A stretch of 64,000 nucleotides of DNA from Candidatus Wolfebacteria bacterium RIFOXYD12_FULL_48_21 (GTDB taxonomy: Bacteria; Patescibacteriota; Minisyncoccia; UBA6257; UBA9933): positions 57,923-121,922 of the forward strand of contig MGIW01000005.1 in the NCBI GenBank assembly GCA_001793945.1. Direction: 5' to 3'. Below, piece by piece: positions 38,288 to 47,957 of this stretch. Position 1 is the first letter of the stretch. Every line of letters begins with the position of its first letter. Under the pieces are notes generated by a model. The model was given only the letters and a program-made list of their open reading frames with translations. It had not been told where the DNA came from and did no database searches. The translations under genes and the position numbers were made by a program.

Positions 38288-39466
38288 ATGAAAGTTTTAT
38301 TTCCAAGAACACAAAAGATCAATCTTTCGCCGATAAAACAGATAGAACTGGAAGCGTCGCAGATCCCCGATGTCATTTCTTTGGCACAAGGCATTCCGTC
38401 GTTCGATACACCGGAGGTCGTCAAAAAGGCGGCCATCAAGGCGCTGAACAAAGGACTGGTGGCAAAGTATTCATTGACCTACGGATTGCCAGAATTGCGT
38501 GAGACCATCGAGGAAAAGCTTGCGGAGGAGGGAATGTACTACGATTTTGAAAATGAAATAGTGGTAACGGTAGGTTCAATCGAGGCGATTACGGCATCGT
38601 TGATCACGATCATAGACGGAAAAAAGAACGAAGTCGTTCTTTTTTCGCCGAGCTATGCATCGTACGCGGAAGCGGTGAAGGTTGCCGGGGGAAAACCGAT
38701 ATTTGTGAATCTCGATGAAAAAAACGGTTGGAGCGTAGACTTTGAAGCGTTGGCAAAAAAGATCACGGCCAACACGGCGGGGATTCTGTTTGCGAACCCG
38801 AACAACCCCACCGGAACGGTCATGGGGAAGGAAACGCTATTGCGCATAGCCGAGCTCGCGGAAAAGAAAAAGTGTTATATCATATCCGATGAGGTGTATA
38901 AGGATTTTTTGTACGGCGAATACGAGGGGGAGTCTTTGTTCTCCTTGGCGCAAGTTCCCGCATTGCGCAAGCGGGTCATTCGCGTATTTAGCTTATCGAA
39001 GGCATATGCCATGACCGGGTGGCGCATAGGGTTCGTGCATAGCGATGAAGAAGTGATTAAAGAAATCGTAAAGGTGCACGACGCGATGGTCACATGCGCA
39101 CCGGTCATCTCGCAATACGCAGCCATGGCCGCACTCGATTTCGCAGATAAAGATATTGAGCGATTTCGTGAAGAATATGCACGGCGCAGGGATATCACTA
39201 TGGCGCATCTTGATGATCTTTCGGAGTTCTTCTCTTATGAAAAGCCAAACGGAGCATACTTCGTATTTCCGAAACTGTTGCCCAAGCGGGATTCGTGGCA
39301 ATTCGCACATGACCTGCTCGAAAAGGCCGGGGTCGCCGTGGTGCCGGGGGTCGCATTTGGACCGAACGGTGAAAGCCATATTCGCATTTCATTCGGACGG
39401 ACGGAAAAGGATATTGATAGGGCGTTTGAGAGGATTAAAGCGTATTTTAGGAAAGAGGCAAAATGA
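38288..39466 (+). CDS. PLP-dependent aminotransferase class I/II
   Basis: LAQGIP, NPNNPTG, ISDEVY, SLSKAYAMTGWRIG, PGVAFG, IRISF. Confidence 0.93.
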   Translation: MKVLFPRTQKINLSPIKQIELEASQIPDVISLAQGIPSFDTPEVVKKAAIKALNKGLVAKYSLTYGLPELRETIEEKLAEEGMYYDFENEIVVTVGSIEAITASLITIIDGKKNEVVLFSPSYASYAEAVKVAGGKPIFVNLDEKNGWSVDFEALAKKITANTAGILFANPNNPTGTVMGKETLLRIAELAEKKKCYIISDEVYKDFLYGEYEGESLFSLAQVPALRKRVIRVFSLSKAYAMTGWRIGFVHSDEEVIKEIVKVHDAMVTCAPVISQYAAMAALDFADKDIERFREEYARRRDITMAHLDDLSEFFSYEKPNGAYFVFPKLLPKRDSWQFAHDLLEKAGVAVVPGVAFGPNGESHIRISFGRTEKDIDRAFERIKAYFRKEAK

Positions 39467-39704
39467 GGAGGGTGTCATACCTACGCCTGCCTGCCAGTGG
39501 GCAGGAAAGCAGGGCGCATAGTATTGTCATCCCGCCCTCCCCCCCCCGTATTGTCATCCCGAGCGCAATGCAATGGAGTCGAGGGATCTGATTTAAGAAA
39601 GCAGATTCCTCGACTGCACGGAGTACTGCGGAGTTTATCCTGAGCTTGTCGAACGGGCTCGGAATGACAGGGGAGTCAATGGAAGAGTTTGCCATATAAT
39701 CACA

Positions 39705-40526
39705 ATGAACACGATCGCAAAACGAACAACTCAATGTATCCTGAAATGGCTCGCAAAGGCACATATCGCCAAAACGAAGCCATATATTATCGTGATCGCG
39801 GGTACGACCAGACGCGCATGGATAAAGGAAGCGGTGGAGCGCGCGTTACTCGAGCGCAACACATTGGTCCGCTCGAGTAAAAAGCATTTCAATGCGGAAC
39901 TTGGGTTGCCGTTGTCTATTCTGGATCTTCCGTCAGGGGAGGGGAACGCGCGCAAATGGATTGGCGTGCTATGGCAGGCTTTCAAAAAGGTTGCCGATTT
40001 TAGAAAAAAGACGATAAGCAGGGAGCGAATAGAACACCTTGTGCTTGAGTTGGCGATTGATACTCCGCGAGACATGGATTATTTGTTGAGCATCGTAAAG
40101 CCGAACATGGTGGTCATGACGACGGTGACCATGGTCTATGCGGAACAATTCGAAACCTTGGACAATGTTGCGCATGAATTCGAGGCGCTCGCCGCAGCAC
40201 TCCCATGGAATGGCATATTGGTACTGAATGCCGATGACGATCGCATCCGTGAGCTTTCGCATGCATACAAGGGCAAAACGGTAACCTATGGTTTTGCCGA
40301 AGATGCGCAGTTCAGGGCGGTCGACGCCCGCAGAACGGAAACGGGCGAGGAGTTCCGCTTTGAGGTAAAGCGCAAGGAGCTCGAGTCGTATCGCAAAAAA
40401 ATCAACAGGTTCGGCAAGCATCATATCTATGCGGAGCTGGTTCGCGAAATTGTGCTTGACAACTTCAAGGCCCAACCAAAAGATTTCTTCAACCGCATGG
40501 CAAAGGGGTTGTTGGATAGGGGATAG
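39705..40526 (+). CDS. MurF-like Mur ligase middle domain, degenerate P-loop, no C-terminal domain
   Basis: KPYIIVIAG, FNAELGLPLSIL, LVLE..D.PRDMDYL..IVKP, VLNADD, TYGF. Confidence 0.75.
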   Translation: MNTIAKRTTQCILKWLAKAHIAKTKPYIIVIAGTTRRAWIKEAVERALLERNTLVRSSKKHFNAELGLPLSILDLPSGEGNARKWIGVLWQAFKKVADFRKKTISRERIEHLVLELAIDTPRDMDYLLSIVKPNMVVMTTVTMVYAEQFETLDNVAHEFEALAAALPWNGILVLNADDDRIRELSHAYKGKTVTYGFAEDAQFRAVDARRTETGEEFRFEVKRKELESYRKKINRFGKHHIYAELVREIVLDNFKAQPKDFFNRMAKGLLDRG

Positions 40527-40530
40527 AATG
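40473..40530 (+). repeat. 58-bp direct repeat, left copy (3' end of the MurF-like gene)
   Basis: Same as 41451-41508 except one G/A difference. Confidence 0.95.
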
Positions 40531-40585
40531 ATGGAGGATAAAAAGTGGGCTGGATTTTAATGTGTTTTTATGATATAATATAAAA

Positions 40586-40816
40586 ATGAAAACGCTTGAT
40601 AAAAAATCGCTGTTTTGGGATGTTCGCGATATCGATCCGCAAAAAAATGCACGGTTTATAATCGAGCGGATCTTGGCGTTTGGCGACTTGGACGACTTCA
40701 AATGGTTGGTAGACAGGTACGGAGTTGAAAAGATTAAGGATGTATGCGCGCACAGCAAGGTGCTTGATAGAAAATCGGCATCGTTTTGGAACAATTATTT
40801 TCGTCGAAACGCATAA
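40586..40816 (+). CDS. DUF6922-like small protein, putative antitoxin
   Basis: SLFWDV..IDP..FIIERILAFGD..W..YG; directly upstream of the AbiEii-type gene. Confidence 0.8.
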   Translation: MKTLDKKSLFWDVRDIDPQKNARFIIERILAFGDLDDFKWLVDRYGVEKIKDVCAHSKVLDRKSASFWNNYFRRNA

Positions 40817-40818
40817 TA

Positions 40819-41448
40819 ATGCATACAGAATCAATCCACGAAGAAACAAAGAAGGTATTGGAACTATTGTCGGCGAGCGGTGTCGTCGACGGTTTTTATT
40901 TAGCGGGCGGGACGGCGCTGGCAATACAGCTCGGGCATCGGGAATCGATCGATCTTGATTGGTTTTGCAGTGCAGGTTTTTCAAACGAACAGCTGATATC
41001 CCTCTTGGCGAAGCTGGGCGTTTTTTCGCTCACGAGCGAAGATGTTGATACGGTGCACGGTGTATTGAATGGAGTAAAAATAAGTTTTTTGAAATACGAC
41101 CATGAGCAACTGTTTCCATTTGTCGAGTTTGATGGCGTGCGAGTGGCAGACGAGCGCGATATAGCGGCGATGAAGATCAGCGCCATATCGTCACGCGGAA
41201 GCAAAAAGGATTTTATCGATCTGTATTTTCTGATGCAGAAATATCACATAACTGAATTGCTTGTGTTGTTTGAGCGGAAGCATAGCGGCATTCAATATAA
41301 CATGCTGCACATTTTGAAAAGCTTGGATTTTTTCGATAGCGCGGACGATGACCCGATGCCAATCATGCTCAAGCCGATTGAATGGCCAGAGGTTAAACGG
41401 GCGATCGAGCGGGAGGTGGACGGTTATATTGCAAAATATAGGAAGTAA
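40819..41448 (+). CDS. AbiEii/AbiGii-family nucleotidyltransferase toxin
   Basis: FYLAGGTALAIQLGHRESIDLD, IAAMKISAI..RGSKKDFIDLY. Confidence 0.9.
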   Translation: MHTESIHEETKKVLELLSASGVVDGFYLAGGTALAIQLGHRESIDLDWFCSAGFSNEQLISLLAKLGVFSLTSEDVDTVHGVLNGVKISFLKYDHEQLFPFVEFDGVRVADERDIAAMKISAISSRGSKKDFIDLYFLMQKYHITELLVLFERKHSGIQYNMLHILKSLDFFDSADDDPMPIMLKPIEWPEVKRAIEREVDGYIAKYRK

Positions 41449-41450
41449 GA

Positions 41451-41508
41451 CAACCAAAAGATTTCTTCAACCGCATGGCAAAAGGGTTGTTGGATAGGGG
41501 ATAGAATG
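41451..41508 (+). repeat. 58-bp direct repeat, right copy
   Basis: CAACCAAAAGATTTCTTCAACCGCATGGCAAAAGGGTTGTTGGATAGGGGATAGAATG. Confidence 0.95.
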
Positions 41509-41655
41509 GTATGGAATAAAAACGCCGCCGGATTTTCGGCGGCATTTTGCTGTGCGTCAAAAATAAAAGGTTTGACAAATACTATAAATAATGCATAATT
41601 TATCCAGATAGCAAATTACAGGCCTTAAAAAATAAATAGCGGAAGGGAGAAGACC

Positions 41656-42243
41656 ATGACAGATGATCTCGGGAAGTTTATCAATGGGAGGGTTGTTTCA
41701 GAACTGGAGAAAAGGGGTGTGACCGAAGCGGATATCAACTTGGTTGTGGAAAAGGGTGAAGTATTGGCAGTCGACATATTCGTCGACGCCTTCTTGAAGT
41801 GCCTCCAGCGGGTTAAGGAGGCATTCCGTACTATGACCGGAGGCACCCGCACGACCGATGAGGTCGTTGCCGCCGGCAACTATGACTGGGTGAACTCCAT
41901 GGTCAACGGGGATAACTTCCCGATGCGGCCCATGCCCGATGGTCCCCGCGAGATAGTGTTCCTCGAATTCGATCACGATACGACATCCGAGGAAGCCCTT
42001 GCGGAAGCGGAGCGACAAGGGCTTGAGCGTCCTCTGTACGAAGACGCACTGTTTTTCGGAGAACAGCATCCCGAAGAACAGCGCAAAGACCCGATCGTAT
42101 TCCTGCACGAACCGTGGCAGGACCCGTGCGGCAACCTGAGCGTGCTGGTACTCGACTGCGGTGACAGGTACCGCTACCTGCGCCTGGGCTACTTCGGCGA
42201 CAGTTGGGATCGGCGGTGTCGGTTCGCGTTCGTCCGAAAGTAA
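41656..42243 (+). CDS. Hypothetical protein, probable DGR target with C-terminal variable region
   Basis: C-terminus rich in NNC/NNT codons ending W..RCRFAFVRK*; GC hairpin downstream; own promoter and SD. Confidence 0.65.
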   Translation: MTDDLGKFINGRVVSELEKRGVTEADINLVVEKGEVLAVDIFVDAFLKCLQRVKEAFRTMTGGTRTTDEVVAAGNYDWVNSMVNGDNFPMRPMPDGPREIVFLEFDHDTTSEEALAEAERQGLERPLYEDALFFGEQHPEEQRKDPIVFLHEPWQDPCGNLSVLVLDCGDRYRYLRLGYFGDSWDRRCRFAFVRK

Positions 42244-42390
42244 CTTGGATTCTGAGAATCTTGTGCCTTGTCGGGCACTTGGACCCTTGGAATCTTTCTA
42301 CGGCCCTCGCTATGCGAGGGCCTTTTTTGTTAGAGAGCAAATATTTTTTGTATTATTGCACAATTATACTATATTTAGTACAATTAAATC

Positions 42391-43230
42391 ATGGGAAGAA
42401 AAATGGTATCCATTTCAATAGAGAAATTAAGGGAACTGTATATCGATAAATACTTATCATCCTATGAAATCGGGGAGCAATTTAATTGTTCGGATGCTAC
42501 CATTAGAAATAAATTAAAAGAGGCGGGAATCAAATTGCGATCAGGCGGTAGGAAAAAGTTCAAATATAAAAAATATTCCTTCGCGGGGAATGATACGATA
42601 AAGGCATATATGGTTGGGTTCAGAATCGGAGATCTAAATGTATATCGGCCGAGCGTCAATTCGAGAATATTAGTGATAAGGTGTCATACGACCATATTGC
42701 ATCAAGTAGATGTTATAAAATTTTTGTTTGGTAAATATGGGAAAGTAGAGGATGCAATTGGGAAAACTGGATCATATCATGTTAATGTTTATCTGGACCA
42801 GTCATTCGATTTTTTAGTGAGTAAAACAGAAATACCCCAATGGATAAAGGAGGGGGATTCTGCCGTTAAGTGGTCATTTATAGCGGGGTATGTAGACGCC
42901 GAAGGGTCTTTTAAGCTAAATCAAGGCAAGGGGCGATTTAAGATAGATGCGTACGATTACTTTATTTTGGAATGGATTAATGAATTTTTGCAAAATGAGC
43001 AGATCAATGGTAAGTTTAGGCGAATATGCGAGAAGGGGGAGCTTAAGTATGCATCCTATGTATGGAAGGATGACCTATGGAGATTGGAAGTAAATTCTGC
43101 GCATTGCTTGGAGCGGTTTATACAAGGGATGATGCCATATCTCTTACATGTCGATAGAATAAAAGATGCTAAAATAGTATTAGAGAATATCAATGAACGA
43201 AAAAAACGGGGGACAATTAAGTCATATTAG
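42391..43230 (+). CDS. Free-standing LAGLIDADG homing endonuclease with N-terminal HTH
   Basis: SSYEIGEQFNCSDATIRNKL HTH; AYMVGFRIGD and FIAGYVDAEGS motifs; AT-rich. Confidence 0.85.
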   Translation: MGRKMVSISIEKLRELYIDKYLSSYEIGEQFNCSDATIRNKLKEAGIKLRSGGRKKFKYKKYSFAGNDTIKAYMVGFRIGDLNVYRPSVNSRILVIRCHTTILHQVDVIKFLFGKYGKVEDAIGKTGSYHVNVYLDQSFDFLVSKTEIPQWIKEGDSAVKWSFIAGYVDAEGSFKLNQGKGRFKIDAYDYFILEWINEFLQNEQINGKFRRICEKGELKYASYVWKDDLWRLEVNSAHCLERFIQGMMPYLLHVDRIKDAKIVLENINERKKRGTIKSY

Positions 43231-45013
43231 AAACTTTGCGATAATAGCCCACATAGATGCGGGAAAGTCCACATTGGCTGACCGTCTATTGGAGATTACC
43301 AAGACCGTGGAAGTGCGCGACATGAAGGCGCAATTTTTGGATCAAATGGATCTCGAGCGTGAGCGGGGCATTACTATAAAAATGGCTCCGGTGCGCATGG
43401 ACTATGTGAGCCAACGCGACGGAAAGAAATACATATTGAATCTTATAGACACGCCGGGTCACCCCGACTTTGCATATGAGGTATCGCGCGCGTTTAAGGC
43501 GGTAGAGGGCGTCATTTTGTTGGTGGATGCGACGCAGGGCATACAGGCGCAGACCTTGGCGAATTTTGAAATGGCAAAAAAGGCGGGCGTCAAAGTGATC
43601 GGTGCGTTGAACAAGGTAGACATGAACCCGCCGCAGCTCGAGACGGTATTACTTGAAACTGCGCAGCTGTTGGATTGTCCGCTTGAAGATATATTCAGAA
43701 TATCGGGAAAAACCGGCGCGGGCGTGCAGGAACTGCTCGAAGAAGTGATCGTGAAACTTCCGCCTCCGAAGGAGTGGGAACAAGGATCGAAAGAACAAAA
43801 GGCAGAATCCACGGCAGGGAGGGCGGCGCTGGTGTTTGATTCGGTGTACGACGACCACAAGGGCATCATCGCATTCGTGCGGGTGTTTCATGGCGAGTTT
43901 GCGGGCAACCAAGATACAAAACTGGTGGCGACGAATGTGAAAATAAAAACAAAGGAGGTCGGCTACTTCCAGCCGAAAATGAAGGCATCGCCGAAGATAA
44001 CAAAAGGGGAGATTGGTTACATCGCGACCGGCATCAAGGATCCGGATAAATTGAAGATCGGCGATACGATCGGCGACACCGATTTGGGAGGATATCAGGA
44101 ACCGCAACCGCGGGTATTTGTTTCCTTCTTCCCGGAAGATGGTAGCGAATATGAAGAACTGAAAAAATCGTTTCAAAAATTGAAATTGACCGACCCGGCA
44201 CTTAAGACCGACCCGGATTACAACGATGTATTGGGCCGAGGATTTAAAGTTGGCTTTTTGGGCAAGTTGCATTTTGAGATCATTTCGCAGCGATTGGAGC
44301 AGGATTTTGACATGAGTACGGTAAACAGCTTCCCGTCGGTGGCGTACAAAATAAAGAAGCCGCATGGAAAGGAATTGGTGGTGATAGAAAACCCGCAGGA
44401 CCTGCCGGCGGAATATGACGAAATATGGGAGCCGATGATCGAGCTGGAGATATTGGCGCCCACGGTCTATTTGGGGCCGATCATGAAGCTAAAAGAGATG
44501 TTTCGCATGGGAGAAATGCAGACGACCAACATGGTCGATCGCGTGCTCATCAAAACGCGCATGCCGCTCATGGAATTGATATCCGACTTCGACGACCAGC
44601 TGAAATCGCTGACCCACGGGTTTGCGTCATTTAGTTACGAAATGTCCGAATACCAAAAGGCGGACCTTGCGCGCATCGATGTGATGGTTGCAAAGGATAT
44701 GGTGGTCGGCTTGTCGCGCATTTTGCCAAAAAAAGACATAGAATACGAGGCACGACAAATGGCGATACGCTTGAAGGATCTTTTACCGCAACAACAGTTT
44801 GCGCAGGCTATTCAGATCACAACGGGAGCGAAAGTCATCGCGCGCGAAACGATAGCGCCGATGCGCAAGGATGTGACGGGGTATTTGTACGGTGGCGACA
44901 GAACGCGCAAAATGAAACTGTGGAAAAAGCAGAAAGAAGGAAAGAAACGGTTGCTTTCCATGGCAAAGGTAAATGTATCCGCCGATGTGTTCAAGGAACT
45001 GCTGAAGAAGTGA
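43193..45013 (+). CDS. lepA: Elongation factor 4 (LepA)
   Basis: IRNFAIIAHIDAGKSTLADRL, ERERGITIK, IDTPGH, NKVD, RKDVTGYLYGGD.TRKMKL. Confidence 0.96.
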   Translation: MNEKNGGQLSHIRNFAIIAHIDAGKSTLADRLLEITKTVEVRDMKAQFLDQMDLERERGITIKMAPVRMDYVSQRDGKKYILNLIDTPGHPDFAYEVSRAFKAVEGVILLVDATQGIQAQTLANFEMAKKAGVKVIGALNKVDMNPPQLETVLLETAQLLDCPLEDIFRISGKTGAGVQELLEEVIVKLPPPKEWEQGSKEQKAESTAGRAALVFDSVYDDHKGIIAFVRVFHGEFAGNQDTKLVATNVKIKTKEVGYFQPKMKASPKITKGEIGYIATGIKDPDKLKIGDTIGDTDLGGYQEPQPRVFVSFFPEDGSEYEELKKSFQKLKLTDPALKTDPDYNDVLGRGFKVGFLGKLHFEIISQRLEQDFDMSTVNSFPSVAYKIKKPHGKELVVIENPQDLPAEYDEIWEPMIELEILAPTVYLGPIMKLKEMFRMGEMQTTNMVDRVLIKTRMPLMELISDFDDQLKSLTHGFASFSYEMSEYQKADLARIDVMVAKDMVVGLSRILPKKDIEYEARQMAIRLKDLLPQQQFAQAIQITTGAKVIARETIAPMRKDVTGYLYGGDRTRKMKLWKKQKEGKKRLLSMAKVNVSADVFKELLKK

Positions 45014-45209
45014 CCCGCCTCAAGCGGGTCATCCCGGACTTGATCCGGGATCTCGTGTAAGGCAAGGAGATTCCGGCTCCCCGTATCGTGGTACGGGGCA
45101 GGCTCCGGGCCGGAATGACAGTAGACTCATTTTACGGTATAGTATATATGGTTAGGGAAAGCGCTCTTTCCGCCGTGAACCAAGAACTGTTAACTGTGAA
45201 CCATTTACT

Positions 45210-45473
45210 ATGGGTAAATATATTACAATCGCGATTTTGGCAGTTATCATTGTGTTTGTCTCGATAAAGGCCTTCGGGATGTTCGGGAAGGGGCGTGATA
45301 TGGGCGACCAACTACAGGCATCCAAGGAAAAGATGGAACTGCTGAGCAAGGAAAACGAAGAATTACAGGCGCAGCTAAATTATTTTTCCCACGAAGAAAA
45401 TCTTGAAAAGGAACTACGGGCAAAATTCAATTATAAAAAGCCGGATGAAAAGATCATGATCATCACGCCGTAA
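45210..45473 (+). CDS. Septum formation initiator (FtsB/DivIC-like)
   Basis: TM, coiled coil, ENLEKELRAKFNYKKPDE. Confidence 0.8.
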   Translation: MGKYITIAILAVIIVFVSIKAFGMFGKGRDMGDQLQASKEKMELLSKENEELQAQLNYFSHEENLEKELRAKFNYKKPDEKIMIITP

Positions 45474-45480
45474 TACCATT

Positions 45481-46068
45481 ATGAAACCCAAAAAAATAGT
45501 AAAACTGACTGCACTCATCGGAGGAGGAATTATATTGATTGGAGGTATTGTGATCGGGGTGACCGGCTTATGGCCGGTTGCGCGCGTGGGTGCTTCACCG
45601 ATCACCTATGCGGCATTCAGGGATAATTTCATGATGGTGGATTATTTTTATCGGAGCAATGTGCGGATCACCGGCGGAAGCGACCAGGCGGTAAATACGA
45701 ATGAGGTCCAGCGCGATCTGCAGCGCGTGACTATGGAGGGCTTGATCGACAGGATATTGATCGATCGCGAGCTGAAAAAGCGCTATACCGATGACGATCT
45801 CGAGCGGTTGATCGCAAATAAGATAGAGGGAGTCGATTTGACTTCGGAAACGATGGTAGAAGCGATGAGACTGATGTACGGATTGGAAGCGGAGGGATTT
45901 AAGGAGCTGGTATTGATCCCGAAAGCGAAGCAAGAGATTCTCGAGGGAAATCTATCCCTGCAAAATGGAACATTCAGCGATTGGTTGGCAGCACAAAAAA
46001 CGGAAGCAAGTATTCTTGTGTTTGTGCCGAGCCTTCAGTGGAGCGGAGATGAGGTGCGGGTTCGATAA
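45481..46068 (+). CDS. Membrane-anchored SurA N-terminal-like protein
   Basis: TM then PVARVG..IT..F, LIDRILI..EL, YGL..F. Confidence 0.6.
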   Translation: MKPKKIVKLTALIGGGIILIGGIVIGVTGLWPVARVGASPITYAAFRDNFMMVDYFYRSNVRITGGSDQAVNTNEVQRDLQRVTMEGLIDRILIDRELKKRYTDDDLERLIANKIEGVDLTSETMVEAMRLMYGLEAEGFKELVLIPKAKQEILEGNLSLQNGTFSDWLAAQKTEASILVFVPSLQWSGDEVRVR

Positions 46069-46094
46069 TAAACACATGCCCGCGTAACGCGGGC

Positions 46095-47855
46095 ATGTTT
46101 GATGATATGATGCGCACGATACATGACTCAAAGGAATTGTCGGTAGTATGGAAAAATCTCCGAAATAAGCAACGGGTCATTCGGGGTGCCGTTGTTGCGG
46201 TCATTGCGAGCATCATCGCGGCGGTATTGCCGTATCTCTATGGCCGGTTGGCGGACATCGCACTGGATGCACGGGCGAGCGTCACGCTTATGGCGACACT
46301 GGTCGTGCTTTGGTTGGTATTGTCCATCGTGCGCGATTGGATGGATCGGAGCAGTATATTCACGGCGGAAGAAATATCGGTTGAATTGTACGATGATCTG
46401 ACTGTCGAGTTTATGATGCATGTGGTTCGCTTGCCGCTCGAATTTCATAAAAGTAAAAAAATAGGCAAGGTCATGAGCCAAATCGCGCGTGGCGTGGACG
46501 ATATAAGCGACCTGTTCCGGGACATGTTCACATTTTTGCCCGCGATTATTTCGTTTGTGGCGGCGAATATTATTCTGCTGCTCGTTGAATGGCGTTTGAG
46601 TGTTATTTTGTCGGTTGCATGTGCGTCCTATGTCATGGTAACGCTCAAATATACCGAGCGCATAGGACGGGAGCAAAAGAAGATGCGAAAATACCGCAAC
46701 GCGGCACACGGAGAATTGCACGAAGCGGTCATGAATGTCGAGGCAATCAAGGCGACCACGAACGAGCGGTTTGAGAACACGCGACTGCGGAAGAAATTCA
46801 GAAAAGCGACAGACCTGTACATGCGGCACTTGGCCATTTGGCGGAGGCTCGAAGCGTGGCAAGGAAATATTTTGACGATAGGATTTATCATCGTATTTTC
46901 GATGGGCGTGTGGATGCTTCGCATGGGAACGATGACGCCGGGCAAGCTCATGATGTTCGTGGGATACATTGGGTTGTTGACCGGGCCGCTTTCGCAATTG
47001 GCAAACCAATATAGACAGGTAAAGATAGGGTGGGATGCGTTCAAAAGCGCGTTGGAATATTATGAAATGGAACCGGAGCGGGATGCGGAGGGTGCAAAAC
47101 CGTTGCGGGATGTTAAGGGGGAGGTTGTGTTCGAAGAAGTATCGTTCAGATATGAAAAAGGAAGAAGGATCCTTGAAGATGTTTCTTTTACGGCGCGTTC
47201 GGGAGAAACGGTTGCCGTGGTGGGGGGGAGCGGTGCGGGTAAATCGACACTACTTAGTTTGATCAGTCGGCATTACGCGCCGCAAAAGGGGCGTGTATTG
47301 ATCGACGGAACGGACATCATGACGGCAACGCTTGCATCTATTAGATCGCAGATAGCGATCGTGCCGCAGGAGGTCATGTTATTTAATAGTTCCATCAAGG
47401 AAAACATCCGCTATGGCAATAGACGGGCGACCGACGAGGAAGTATTCGCGGCGGCAACCGCAGCAAACGCCCATGTGTTCATAGAAAAGTTTCCGAAAGG
47501 ATACAACCAACCGGTGGGGGAGCGCGGCGTAAAACTATCGACCGGGCAAAAGCAACGGCTTGCGATCGCACGCGCCATCTTGCGGAATCCGAAGATATTG
47601 ATATTGGACGAAGCGACATCGGCACTCGATTCCGCTTCGGAAAAATTGGTTCAAGAGGCATTGGAGCGGCTTACGCGCAATCGCACGACATTTGTCATCG
47701 CGCATCGCTTGAGCACGATTAAAAACGCGAACAAGATAATCGTGTTTGAAAAAGGAACCATAACGGAACGCGGGACGCATGACGAACTGATGCAAAAGGA
47801 AGGAGGTTCCTATAGAAGATTTTGGGAACTGCAGACATCGGCGAATAAAAAATGA
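46095..47855 (+). CDS. ABC exporter, fused permease/ATPase (MsbA/MdlB-like)
   Basis: Six-TM domain, GGSGAGKST, LSTGQKQRLAIARA, ILDEATSALD, IAHRL. Confidence 0.94.
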   Translation: MFDDMMRTIHDSKELSVVWKNLRNKQRVIRGAVVAVIASIIAAVLPYLYGRLADIALDARASVTLMATLVVLWLVLSIVRDWMDRSSIFTAEEISVELYDDLTVEFMMHVVRLPLEFHKSKKIGKVMSQIARGVDDISDLFRDMFTFLPAIISFVAANIILLLVEWRLSVILSVACASYVMVTLKYTERIGREQKKMRKYRNAAHGELHEAVMNVEAIKATTNERFENTRLRKKFRKATDLYMRHLAIWRRLEAWQGNILTIGFIIVFSMGVWMLRMGTMTPGKLMMFVGYIGLLTGPLSQLANQYRQVKIGWDAFKSALEYYEMEPERDAEGAKPLRDVKGEVVFEEVSFRYEKGRRILEDVSFTARSGETVAVVGGSGAGKSTLLSLISRHYAPQKGRVLIDGTDIMTATLASIRSQIAIVPQEVMLFNSSIKENIRYGNRRATDEEVFAAATAANAHVFIEKFPKGYNQPVGERGVKLSTGQKQRLAIARAILRNPKILILDEATSALDSASEKLVQEALERLTRNRTTFVIAHRLSTIKNANKIIVFEKGTITERGTHDELMQKEGGSYRRFWELQTSANKK

Positions 47856-47957
47856 TCTATGGAGGTCATTTTTTGTTCGCATTCATTCGTGTAAAGGTGT
47901 ATAATGAATGTACTAATATATTTTAATAAAAGGTCGCGGAAATACGATACATACGAT

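Noticed and set aside
42391-43230. LAGLIDADG ORF as an intein or group I intron in lepA
   Set aside because: Different frame with its own stop, no intein terminal residues, and no upstream lepA exon seen
43770-43810. Possible heptamer-derived insert in lepA (KEWEQGSKEQKAES)
   Set aside because: Periodicity too imperfect to support by eye
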